IMG/VR virus record: IMGVR_UViG_3300037422_000673
Span: 1-60,456 of that record
Reading direction: 5' to 3' (one strand)
Length of the DNA stretch: 60,456 bases
Origin: a virus
Taxonomy: Duplodnaviria > Caudoviricetes
In this document: one piece after another, positions 8,148-16,887 of the stretch
Layout of the letters: each line of letters begins with the position of its first letter
How positions within the stretch are numbered: position 1 is the first letter of the stretch
Position numbers and translations under genes: made by a program
The notes under the pieces: model-generated
Database searches by the model: none
Told to the model about the DNA's origin: nothing
Seen by the model: the letters and a program-made list of their open reading frames with translations, nothing else

Positions 8148-10720
8148 GCCCGGAAGTACGACGAGACCGCGACCGACGGGTAGCCGGTGGAGGTGGTTCC
8201 GCTGAGCACGAAGTGCCCACGGCTGCCGTACACCCCTGGGCACCACACCACGTCCGTCGGGTCCATCCTCAGATCGAACTCGACGGGCGCCTCGACATAG
8301 GACGCGTAGTCCCATACCGCGGTGAAGTAGGCGTTGATGCTACTGAGCCGCCCGGCCATGACCGCCACGCTGTTGCCGGCGGCCATCGCCGTGACGAAGA
8401 TCGAGGCCGACCCTCGCGACGTCCAGGTGATCCCGTCCGGCGAGGAGTAGATCGACCCGACCGAGAACGAGTTGGACCCCTGCGCCACCACCACGAAGTT
8501 GCCCGCCACGCCCCCGATCGACGCGACCTGGTTGTAGGCCGCGAACACGGCGCCGTCGCACGCGACGGACGGGAACGTCCGTGGCGTCCACGTCGTGCCG
8601 TTGTCGCTGCTGGTGTAGACGAGCACCCCGCCGGCGAGCGTCGAGCCAACAAGGACGATCGTCCCCGACTTCCACGCAAGCTTCGGCTGCACGAGGCAGG
8701 CCGAGAAAACCGCCACCGCGGCGCCCCACGTGACGCCGTCCGCGGATCGAGACGTGACGACCGCGCCGGCATCGATCCCGACGGCGACGTAGTACATGCC
8801 GTCCCAGATCACCGACGTCCAGGTGCGCGACGCGCCCGCCGGCATTGTGCGGGACGTCCACGTCACCCCATCCGGCGAAGTCGCGCAGGTGTTGGAGGAC
8901 CCCACCGCGACGAACCGCAGCGAGCCAGCCGGCGAGCCAGCCGCCACATCACGGGTCGCGTTCGTGACGCCCGTCTGAGTGACCCACGTGCGGCCGCCGT
9001 TCCGACTCGTCGCGAACGTGACGGTTCCTCCGACCGCGACCAGCAGTCCGCTTGCCGCATCCTCTGCGATCCCTGAGTAGCCCACCGTGTGGGGGGTGGA
9101 CGCCTCGAACCAGTTCGAAGCCGCCATGACGGCGAGTCGCTTCTCGAACGTCGTCGGGCCGAGCACTGCGTTGCGAGGCGCCACCTTCAGTGCCGTCCCG
9201 GTGTGGTCGAGCTTCGCGCCCGCGGTCGGGTTGCCGCTGCCGTCCTCGGCGTAGTTGGTTGTCGAGATCGCGCCCGACGGGACGTTCGACAGGTCGAGTG
9301 CCGCCGCTCCCACCACGTAGGCTTTCTCGCTCGTCGGCGCCCCCGCCCCCGTCACCCCGTCCCGGTCCTGGACCGCGAGCGACACCGGCGAGCTCGCTCC
9401 GGCCGGCACCTCCTGCAGCGTCACCGACCGCGCCCCGGTGCCCCGCTGGTCGATCTCCACCACACGGCACACGTGGCCCGCGAGCCCCAGCATCTCGTGC
9501 GAGAGCGTCACGCGGTCCCCGGGCTCTAGGAGCGACCACCGCGGTCCGAGCCTCACGCGGAACTGGTTTCGGACGTGCACCGACCGCAGCGCGCGGAGCT
9601 GCGAGATCTGCACCGCGTGCGCCCCGGTCACCACCCACTCCAGCGATGAGGCGTCCGCCCGACGGACCCCGTCGCCGCCCAGCGCCGCCGCGCGCGCCGC
9701 CGCGTCCGCGGCGTGCACCCACTCGTACGTCACGCGCTCGTAGTCCGACGCCCGGTCCCGGATCGTGATCGGATAGCAGTTGAATACGTCGTCGTCGCGC
9801 CGCGCCTCGACCTGAACCGGCGGGCCGTCACCCACGAGCAGCTCGTCGTCGTCGAGCGCCGCCACCACGGCCGGCGGCGTGTACGTCCCACCCGCCCCGA
9901 CCACCGTCAGGTCCCCGAGCGGCACGATCTTCAGCTTCCCCTCGGACCAGGTCGCGCTCGCGTTCGTGGCCGCGAGCAGGCTCTCGAGCAGCTCGAGCAC
10001 GCTCGTCCGCTCCGTCACGGCCCGCGCCACCCGCCACCCCATCGCGTCGCAGTAGCGTCGGTACGAGCTCGCGGCGGTCCCGTCGAGCCCCACCTCGACC
10101 TCGACCTGGGAGGTCGAGAGCGCCCGGAACCCGGGCCGCTGCGTCGTGAGCAGGTCCAGCACCACCTCCGCCGGGTGGGCGTCGGTGTCCGCGCCGAGAA
10201 CGCCCCGGCCGCGCACCTCGAACTGGAGGTCGGGGACCTTGTCGTCGGGCATCCCTAACTTCCACGCCCGGAACTGCGCGGCGCCCCGCCAGTACATGCC
10301 GACGGCGGTGCCGCTGGTTCTCGCCCACGAACTGGAGGCCTCGGCCGCCACGAACTCCCACTCGGCCACGCCGACCTGGAGCAGGTCGGTCATGTACGAG
10401 GGCGCCGACCGCCACGGTTCCTTGTCTCGCCGCACCCGCAGGTACGACGAGGACGCTGGCGCCTCGCAGATCGCCACCACCGCGCCGGCCGAGCTCCCGG
10501 TCACCTCGCGGTACGACGATCCGGTCACCCCGGTGATGATCTTTACCCCTAACTCCTTGTCACGCAGGTACACCACGCGACCCGGGACGCGAGCCGTCCC
10601 GAAGACGATCGGGAGCGGGTCCGCCACCGTCGCGGCGAGCCCCTCCACCGCCGGCCGCGGTTGCGGGCTCCACCTCTCCTCCGGGAGGTCTGTCGGGTCG
10701 CGCCAGGGGGCATCTCTCAT
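8144..10720 (-). CDS. Tail tip/host-specificity protein (gpJ/megatron-like) with C-terminal beta-propeller repeats
   Basis: 'LPIVFGTARVPG', 'LEPGDRVTL'; repeated 'SxDGxTW' Asp-box motifs. Confidence 0.85.
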   Translation of the reverse strand: MRDAPWRDPTDLPEERWSPQPRPAVEGLAATVADPLPIVFGTARVPGRVVYLRDKELGVKIITGVTGSSYREVTGSSAGAVVAICEAPASSSYLRVRRDKEPWRSAPSYMTDLLQVGVAEWEFVAAEASSSWARTSGTAVGMYWRGAAQFRAWKLGMPDDKVPDLQFEVRGRGVLGADTDAHPAEVVLDLLTTQRPGFRALSTSQVEVEVGLDGTAASSYRRYCDAMGWRVARAVTERTSVLELLESLLAATNASATWSEGKLKIVPLGDLTVVGAGGTYTPPAVVAALDDDELLVGDGPPVQVEARRDDDVFNCYPITIRDRASDYERVTYEWVHAADAAARAAALGGDGVRRADASSLEWVVTGAHAVQISQLRALRSVHVRNQFRVRLGPRWSLLEPGDRVTLSHEMLGLAGHVCRVVEIDQRGTGARSVTLQEVPAGASSPVSLAVQDRDGVTGAGAPTSEKAYVVGAAALDLSNVPSGAISTTNYAEDGSGNPTAGAKLDHTGTALKVAPRNAVLGPTTFEKRLAVMAASNWFEASTPHTVGYSGIAEDAASGLLVAVGGTVTFATSRNGGRTWVTQTGVTNATRDVAAGSPAGSLRFVAVGSSNTCATSPDGVTWTSRTMPAGASRTWTSVIWDGMYYVAVGIDAGAVVTSRSADGVTWGAAVAVFSACLVQPKLAWKSGTIVLVGSTLAGGVLVYTSSDNGTTWTPRTFPSVACDGAVFAAYNQVASIGGVAGNFVVVAQGSNSFSVGSIYSSPDGITWTSRGSASIFVTAMAAGNSVAVMAGRLSSINAYFTAVWDYASYVEAPVEFDLRMDPTDVVWCPGVYGSRGHFVLSGTTSTGYPSVAVSSYFRA

Positions 10721-11574
10721 CGAGCCACATCCTCCCGGGGTGCGTCCGGGAACCCCCCGAAGTTGGCGACGTTGGAGAACACGCTCGAGCACGTCGCCCG
10801 CGTCTTGTCGCAGCCCCGGATCACCTTCACCCCGTCCCCCGCCACCGGCGCCGAGTCGAGCGGCACAGCCACCCGCACCTCCGTGGTCGAGATCACCTCG
10901 ACCACCGCGTGCCGCTGCCCGGAGAGCGCGCCCGAGGTGAACCGGATCCAGCCCGAGACCGTCGCGTTTGCGCTGGCCGCGGCCAGCCTCACCCTCTCCG
11001 TCGTGCTCCCGCTCGCGACCGTCGTCGTGTTCGTGAACGAGGCCTCTGCCGGCGCCGCGCCGCCGCCCCGGCACTGCGTCGAGTAGACCTGGTACGGACA
11101 CCCGGGCTGGATCGGCCTGGAGGGGATCACCCCGGACGCGATCCGGTAGACGACGCTCTTTGCCGTCACCACCACCTCGGTGCTCGCCGGCTCGACCTCG
11201 ACCACCGCTCCGTCGAACACCGTGTCGAGCCCCGCGACCACGCCCGCCGCGGTCACGAACGCGCGCTGCACGAGCACGCGCACGCCCCGGAGCTCACCGC
11301 GCAGCGCCCGCCGCACCACCGGCGTCCCGGACACCAGCTCCGCCGCGCCGAGGCGCACGCTCACCGAGTCCACCTCGAGGGAGAGCGTCGACCGCACCTG
11401 GATCTCGTCCAGCACCGCCCCGGGCGTCCAGGTCGTGCCGCTGTAGGTGATCGCCCGGTCCGCCGAGGTCCACCGCACCGTGCCCACGGCGAGCTCGAGG
11501 GTGACCAGATCGGCCGGTCGGTGCGCCGCCTGGAGGTACAGCTCGTCCGTGAGCCCGGCCGGTGCCGTCTTCAC
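10717..11574 (-). CDS. Baseplate hub protein (DUF2163/BR0599-like, Fe-S Cys motif)
   Basis: 'CPYQVYSTQC', 'GCDKTRATC...NVANFGGFP'. Confidence 0.9.
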   Translation of the reverse strand: MKTAPAGLTDELYLQAAHRPADLVTLELAVGTVRWTSADRAITYSGTTWTPGAVLDEIQVRSTLSLEVDSVSVRLGAAELVSGTPVVRRALRGELRGVRVLVQRAFVTAAGVVAGLDTVFDGAVVEVEPASTEVVVTAKSVVYRIASGVIPSRPIQPGCPYQVYSTQCRGGGAAPAEASFTNTTTVASGSTTERVRLAAASANATVSGWIRFTSGALSGQRHAVVEVISTTEVRVAVPLDSAPVAGDGVKVIRGCDKTRATCSSVFSNVANFGGFPDAPREDVAR

Positions 11575-12713
11575 GGGACGACCTCGCGCAGGCGCAGCTC
11601 GCCCGACCAGAGCTGGGCGAGCAGCCGCTCCTGGGTCAGCGCCTCGTCATCGAACCGGACGCGGCGCCAGTAGGAGCCGGACCAGGACACCTTGCTGCCG
11701 GAGGCCGGCGCGCCGGCGAACACCACCTGACCGGCCGTCCCGGGGCTCCACGTGCTGGCGGACTGCTCGACCCCCTCCAGGTAGATCTTGATGCTTGCCC
11801 AGTCCGGCTCCCAGACCGGCTCGAACCCATCCCCCACGCCGGGCCAGTAGGCGGGCGTCGCGGTGACGTTCGCCCCGGCCGTCACGATCGGACGCGTCGG
11901 CACCCCGTCCTCGCACTGCATGTGCGCCAGGTAGAACGAGAGCGGCGCCCCGGCGGTCGCGTAGATCTGGAACCCGTGCTGTCCCGCGCCGTTCGCGGTC
12001 CCGACGCCCGAGTACCTCACCCACCCGTCACCGATCGTGGACAGGTCGATCGTCGCAAGCGCCGCGGCGTCCGTGATCCGACCGATCACGAGCGTACCCG
12101 TCGTGCTCACCCGCCGGACGTAGCAGCCCCACCCCACCGACGCGCCGGAGCCGTGCGACCCGTTGGAGCCCTGAGCGATCTGGTTGACCAGGACCGTCCC
12201 GATACCCGTGAGCTTCGTCGCCTGCGTCCCGTCGGGCGCCAGCGTCCCATCGCGCGTCGCCGCGGCCGTGCCGAGCTTGGCCCACGCCGCCTGCGTGATG
12301 TCGTTCGAGTGCCAGATCCGGTTGACCCTCGGCTTCGTGTACGTCTCCCAGTTCCCGAGCGCGTCCTCCCACGGCGCGAGCACCGCCCGCTGCAGCTGGA
12401 AAGAGGTCGTGACCCCGTCCCCGACGCCGATCCCGTGGTCGGTGACCTGGTAGTCCTCGGGGTCGCGGAACAGGAACGAGTCGAGCCGGCCCCGGTGGCG
12501 CGACCAGAACCCCAGGAGCCGCTGCACCTCCCGGTTCGTCGCGTCACCACGGAGCCAGGCGTGCCTGAGCCCCCACGTCCGCACCGGGACCGACGACCGC
12601 GAGATCCGCTGCTCCCGGCGGCTCACCGTCTCGAGCACCTCGACGCCGTCGGAGTCGGACCGCAGGAGGTACGCCCGCGCGCCTCGCAGCGCGGGGAAGA
12701 TGGCCGAGCTCAT
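11571..12713 (-). CDS. Distal tail protein (DUF2460-like) with inserted carbohydrate-binding domain
   Basis: 'RGRLDSFLFRDPED', 'GDGVTTSFQL', 'RRVRFDDE'. Confidence 0.85.
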   Translation of the reverse strand: MSSAIFPALRGARAYLLRSDSDGVEVLETVSRREQRISRSSVPVRTWGLRHAWLRGDATNREVQRLLGFWSRHRGRLDSFLFRDPEDYQVTDHGIGVGDGVTTSFQLQRAVLAPWEDALGNWETYTKPRVNRIWHSNDITQAAWAKLGTAAATRDGTLAPDGTQATKLTGIGTVLVNQIAQGSNGSHGSGASVGWGCYVRRVSTTGTLVIGRITDAAALATIDLSTIGDGWVRYSGVGTANGAGQHGFQIYATAGAPLSFYLAHMQCEDGVPTRPIVTAGANVTATPAYWPGVGDGFEPVWEPDWASIKIYLEGVEQSASTWSPGTAGQVVFAGAPASGSKVSWSGSYWRRVRFDDEALTQERLLAQLWSGELRLREVVP

Positions 12714-14323
12714 GTGGCTCTCCCGTCCCGGCGTCGCCTCTGGAGGTAGCGCACGACTCGGTCCCCGCCGCCGCGGGCGAGCCAGTCGTCGGCGCTGGCG
12801 GAGTCCAGGAACTGCAGGCTGACGTTGAAGGTGTCGCCGCCAAGCGCGTGGTTCGGGACGATCGCGCCCGACCGGCCCGGCACCATGATCTCCGGCCCGC
12901 GCTCACCGACAAGGTAGGGTTGGCCGGAGCTGACGGGACCTCCCGCCGCGCGCGCCTCGACGCTGCCGAGAAGGCCAAGCACCGCCGACATCACGGCGCC
13001 CATGGCACTGATGGCGAGCACTGGGCCGACTACCGGGATCCCGGACTGTGAGGCAGCCGCGCCCGCGCCGGCGCGCGCAGCGTCCGCGGTGATCGAGGCG
13101 ATGGCCGCCTGGACGACGGTCTGGATGATCTGCTCGCCGATCGCGGCGAATGCCTGGGCGGCGGTCATCTGGCCGGTGACGACCGCGCCGATCACCTTGC
13201 CGATCGACGCGCCCCACTGGCCGGCCAGCTCGATCGACTCCCGGACGGACTTGTTGTAGGCGTCCTGGCCCTCCTTCGCGTCGTTCTCCTTGAGCTTCTC
13301 GTACTCCGGGAGCCGCGCGCCCTCCTCCTCGAAGCCGGTCGTCCCGGCGGCCTCGATCATGGCCTGCCGCTTGGCATCCTCGACCCGCTTCTTGAACTCT
13401 TCCGCGTAGAGGCGAGAGCGCTCATTGATGCCCTCCGCAAGGATGCGGTTCGTCTCCTCCTGCTCGCGCTGCAACGCCCTGGTGATCTCCTTGCCCTTCT
13501 GGATCTGCTTCTTCGCAGCCTCGTCGGCCTTCTCGGCGTCCTCGGCGACGATCGCGGAGAGGGCCCGCCGCGCTGCCTCCGCCTGCGTCGCGCGCGCCTG
13601 CTCCTCGGCGAGCGCCGCCGCGAGCGCCTCCCGCTGGGCGATCTCCGCCGCGAGCGTTTGCGCGCGCAGGCGCGCGGACGCCGCCTCGCCCCGCGCCCGC
13701 TCGATGTCGCCGAAGCTGACGCCGAACTCCGACACGGCGAGCGCCGCCTTCAGGCGCTTCTCCTCCTCCAGCCAATAGATGTAGTCGCGCTCCGCTTTCG
13801 ACCGCTCCTTCTCGAGCGGGGCGACCTTGTCGTGCCGGGTGAGCTGCGCATCGGTCGCGCCACGGAGCTTGAGGACCGTACCGTCCACCTCACGGGCGAA
13901 GCTCGCCGTACCGCTCGCAAGATCGTCGGCCCAATCCCGGTAGGCCTTTCGCGCCCGGTCCGCTTCCTCGGCGGACTCTCGGAGGTGCCCCGCGAGCAGC
14001 CGGACTCCGGCCTGGGCAGCGTTGAGCGCAACGAGAACGCCGCCTCCTCCGATCACTGCGCCCGCAAGACCCGCCAGCGCCATCTGCGCCGTTCGGCCAG
14101 CCGGCCCGAACTCGGCGACGCTTGCGGTGAAGAACATCGCCGTCTCGCGTGCGCGTCCGAGCTGCTCCTTGAACTGCGAGACCCCACGCGTAGCCTGCTG
14201 CGCCGCGGGGGTGAAGCGGCTCTTGAAGTCCCCCTCCACCTGCTGCAGCGCGCGGCGGGTGACGGTCGTGAACTCCGAAGAGTCCGCCGTCATCGTGAGA
14301 ACGAGGTCGCCCCTACCCGGCAT
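12710..14323 (-). CDS. Tape measure protein (short, 537 aa)
   Basis: Ala-rich helical; C-terminal 'RAAGGPV...YLVGERGPE'; follows the tail chaperones. Confidence 0.9.
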   Translation of the reverse strand: MPGRGDLVLTMTADSSEFTTVTRRALQQVEGDFKSRFTPAAQQATRGVSQFKEQLGRARETAMFFTASVAEFGPAGRTAQMALAGLAGAVIGGGGVLVALNAAQAGVRLLAGHLRESAEEADRARKAYRDWADDLASGTASFAREVDGTVLKLRGATDAQLTRHDKVAPLEKERSKAERDYIYWLEEEKRLKAALAVSEFGVSFGDIERARGEAASARLRAQTLAAEIAQREALAAALAEEQARATQAEAARRALSAIVAEDAEKADEAAKKQIQKGKEITRALQREQEETNRILAEGINERSRLYAEEFKKRVEDAKRQAMIEAAGTTGFEEEGARLPEYEKLKENDAKEGQDAYNKSVRESIELAGQWGASIGKVIGAVVTGQMTAAQAFAAIGEQIIQTVVQAAIASITADAARAGAGAAASQSGIPVVGPVLAISAMGAVMSAVLGLLGSVEARAAGGPVSSGQPYLVGERGPEIMVPGRSGAIVPNHALGGDTFNVSLQFLDSASADDWLARGGGDRVVRYLQRRRRDGRAT

Positions 14324-14612
14324 GGCGCACCCCCAGGCTGTTCAGCGTCTCGGCGAGGCGCCGCGCGTCGTCCTCGGTCGCGAGCTCTGCCGGCGGACTT
14401 TCCTGCGACGGCGGACGCAGCTTCACCCCCCAAACGGCGAGGAGCTGCGTCATCGCCTCGTTCGTCGGCGGGCTCTGGCGCCAGTACGTGTCGAGGTCGG
14501 CCACGTCATCCCAGGTCAGCCGGTAGGGGTCCAGCCCGTTCGAGAGAAGCCGCCCGCACAGGAGGGACCACTCGTCGTGCGTCCACTCCGTTACGGGCTT
14601 GCCGCTTCCCCC
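14313..14612 (-). CDS. Tail assembly chaperone GT extension (reached by -1 frameshift)
   Basis: In the -1 frame from slippery G GGG GAA at 14606-14612; ends overlapping the TMP start. Confidence 0.75.
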   Translation of the reverse strand, partial: GGSGKPVTEWTHDEWSLLCGRLLSNGLDPYRLTWDDVADLDTYWRQSPPTNEAMTQLLAVWGVKLRPPSQESPPAELATEDDARRLAETLNSLGVRHAG

Positions 14613-14947
14613 TTGGCCTGCCCTCCCCGGCGCTTCCAGATCGCCACGTACAGCTCGGTGATCGTGTCGTCGGAGCACGTCGCGAGCAGGTCCTCGAGCG
14701 TGATGTCGGGGTGGTTGAGCCGGAGCGCCAGTAGCACCACCTCGGCGCGGCGCGTGTGCATGTCGAGCGCCGCCCCGTACACAGAGGCATCGTCGGGGGC
14801 CCGCCCTGCGAGCCCCTTCGCCGCGTCCTCGGCCGCCTTGATCTTGTCGATGTTGTCGCGCTGGACGCCGACCGGCAGCTTCGGCACCACCACCACCCGC
14901 CCGTCGTCCAGCTCCACCTGCTCGCCGCGGTACTTGAGGTCGCTCAT
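14591..14947 (-). CDS. Tail assembly chaperone (gpG-like)
   Basis: Position between tail tube and TMP; slippery site at 3' end. Confidence 0.8.
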   Translation of the reverse strand: MSDLKYRGEQVELDDGRVVVVPKLPVGVQRDNIDKIKAAEDAAKGLAGRAPDDASVYGAALDMHTRRAEVVLLALRLNHPDITLEDLLATCSDDTITELYVAIWKRRGGQAKGEAASP

Positions 14948-14958
14948 GGTCGTTCGGC

Positions 14959-15675
14959 TCAGGGGATGTAGATGTCGGCGACGTTCCCGCTGCCGTCGGC
15001 GCACGCCTCGAAGTCGCACTTCGGGAGCACCCACTGGCCGGTCTTGATGGCCCAGCCGAGCTTGGGGATCACGACCGACTTGAGCTCGATGCCGAACCCG
15101 TCGGTGGAGTTGTAGAGGCCGAGCAGGTACTTGGTGCTCCCGCCCATCGTGGTGTTCGCGATCGAGACCGTCTTGCCCGTACCCGCGACGGTGTACGTGT
15201 GCGAGTAGGAGACGACCTTGCCCGTGTCCGCGGCGGCGAAAGTGTAGACCCCGGCCGCCACCGAGTACTGCCCGGCGGCGGGCGCGGCCGCCACCTTGGT
15301 CATCGGGTCGCCGTTCGCATCCACGACGCCCAGGTCGCGGACGAAGCCAGCCGCCTGCGCCGACGTCAGCTGGTACGGGTTGCCCGGGATCGTCCCGGTG
15401 GCCTTGTGCAGCTTCTTGTACCCCGTCGTCACGGATGCACCCGCGAGGATCTGCTTCACGATGCCCGCGTAGATCGTGCCGCTCTCGAAGTCGCCCGTCA
15501 GCGACGCGGGCCCGTTCGCGAGGTCCTCCGGGAAGGAGTTCTCGCCCGTGAGCCGAACGATCTCCTGCTCGAAGTTGAGGTTCACGCCCTGGATGACGCC
15601 GACCTTGATCGGCGTGTCGTTGGCGACGAGTCCCACGACGTACAGGTCACCGCTCGAGAACTTGCGCATGGCCAC
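14959..15675 (-). CDS. Major tail tube protein
   Basis: Position; AAGGAG RBS; 'GQYSVAAGVYTFAAADTGKVV' insertion; strong codon bias. Confidence 0.85.
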   Translation of the reverse strand: MAMRKFSSGDLYVVGLVANDTPIKVGVIQGVNLNFEQEIVRLTGENSFPEDLANGPASLTGDFESGTIYAGIVKQILAGASVTTGYKKLHKATGTIPGNPYQLTSAQAAGFVRDLGVVDANGDPMTKVAAAPAAGQYSVAAGVYTFAAADTGKVVSYSHTYTVAGTGKTVSIANTTMGGSTKYLLGLYNSTDGFGIELKSVVIPKLGWAIKTGQWVLPKCDFEACADGSGNVADIYIP

Positions 15676-15679
15676 TCCT

Positions 15680-16120
15680 TCACTTGTGGTACGTCACCGC
15701 GTACGCGAGAGTCACGGCGCCAACGGGCTGCTCGGCGTTCGCGTCGATCTGGATGCTGGTGCTCGCCAGGACGGCGTCCTGGACCTCCGCGACGCCGAAC
15801 GTCGGGTCGGCGTCCACCGCGGCCTCGATCTCCTCCGCGAGGGCGTCGAGTTCGTCGTCGACGGCGTCGGTGAGCGCGCGCGCTCCCTGGATGACGACCT
15901 GAAGACGCCTCGCGAGCACGCGACCGGCACCGTCGCGGAGCTCACCTCGGAGCGACTGCTCGAGGTCCGTCTCTTCCTCGAGCGTGTAGACCGAGACGCC
16001 GGGAAGCTCTTTCCCGCCCCACGGCACCTTCTTGGTCGCGACGACGCGCGCGCCAGCGGCGGTCTTGCCGACGAGCTGCGCGACGACGGCCCTTCGGATG
16101 GTGGTGCGGAGGTGGGCCAT
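15680..16120 (-). CDS. Tail terminator (gpU-like)
   Basis: 'RTTIRRAVVAQL', 'LPGVSVYT', 'DELDALAEEIEAAV'. Confidence 0.75.
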   Translation of the reverse strand: MAHLRTTIRRAVVAQLVGKTAAGARVVATKKVPWGGKELPGVSVYTLEEETDLEQSLRGELRDGAGRVLARRLQVVIQGARALTDAVDDELDALAEEIEAAVDADPTFGVAEVQDAVLASTSIQIDANAEQPVGAVTLAYAVTYHK

Positions 16121-16126
16121 CGGTGG

Positions 16127-16453
16127 TCACACGGCCACGATGCGGTGGAGGAACAGCAGGACGCCGCCGGCCCCGTCCTTGCGGGGCGGCTCGCGGAGCT
16201 TGTAGGAAACGCCCTCGACGGTGATGGTCGGGTCGTCCTCTGCCGGGTCCAGCGGCAGGTCGGCGAGCTGGAGGAAGACCACCGGCCCCGAGCTCGCCAC
16301 CCCGGCGTCGCCAGCATCGGCGCGGACGTACGAGGCCTCGAAGACGCCCCTCACGTCGATCGCCGGCCCGACGCCCGGCACGTACCTGACCGTGCCGCCC
16401 AGGTGCTGAAGGACGGCACGGTCGGCCGCGCCGAGGATCGCTGCGAAGGTCAC
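16127..16453 (-). CDS. Head-tail joining protein
   Basis: Position and size; 'DVRGVF', 'ITVEGVSY..REP...DGAG'. Confidence 0.75.
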   Translation of the reverse strand: MTFAAILGAADRAVLQHLGGTVRYVPGVGPAIDVRGVFEASYVRADAGDAGVASSGPVVFLQLADLPLDPAEDDPTITVEGVSYKLREPPRKDGAGGVLLFLHRIVAV

Positions 16454-16462
16454 GGCCGCCGG

Positions 16463-16816
16463 CTAGACGCCGTTCGGGACGGCGACGCCGTGGAGCTTCA
16501 CGAACCCGGTCGTCGAGGGGTTGGCCGCGGGAGCCGCGGCGATGCCCGCCCGCTTGATGCCGACCGCGCCCACGTTCGTGAAGCGGCTGTTGGGGTTGTC
16601 CCAGTAGACCAGGTCGCCGGTGGCCCAGACCTCGGTGTTCAGCTTCGGCACCGGGCCGACCACGCCCTCGACCAGGCCGGAGAACTCGGCCCCGGCCGCG
16701 GCGTCGTGGGTGGCGACGCAGATGGTCTCCTCGATCTGGTAGACGGTGCCGCTCACCACGCCGCCGCCCGGCGCGACGAACGTGAGGATGTCACCCTTCT
16801 GCCCGAAGTTCTTCAT
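16463..16816 (-). CDS. DUF2190 capsid cement/decoration protein
   Basis: 'MKNFGQKGDILTFVAP.GGVVSG', 'GDLVYWD'. Confidence 0.9.
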   Translation of the reverse strand: MKNFGQKGDILTFVAPGGGVVSGTVYQIEETICVATHDAAAGAEFSGLVEGVVGPVPKLNTEVWATGDLVYWDNPNSRFTNVGAVGIKRAGIAAAPAANPSTTGFVKLHGVAVPNGV

Positions 16817-16887
16817 GATCTCGTTCTCCTCAGCGTGTCAGCGTGAAGCCGACCGCCTAGCGTCGGCGGCCGGCGCGGGAGGCCGGC

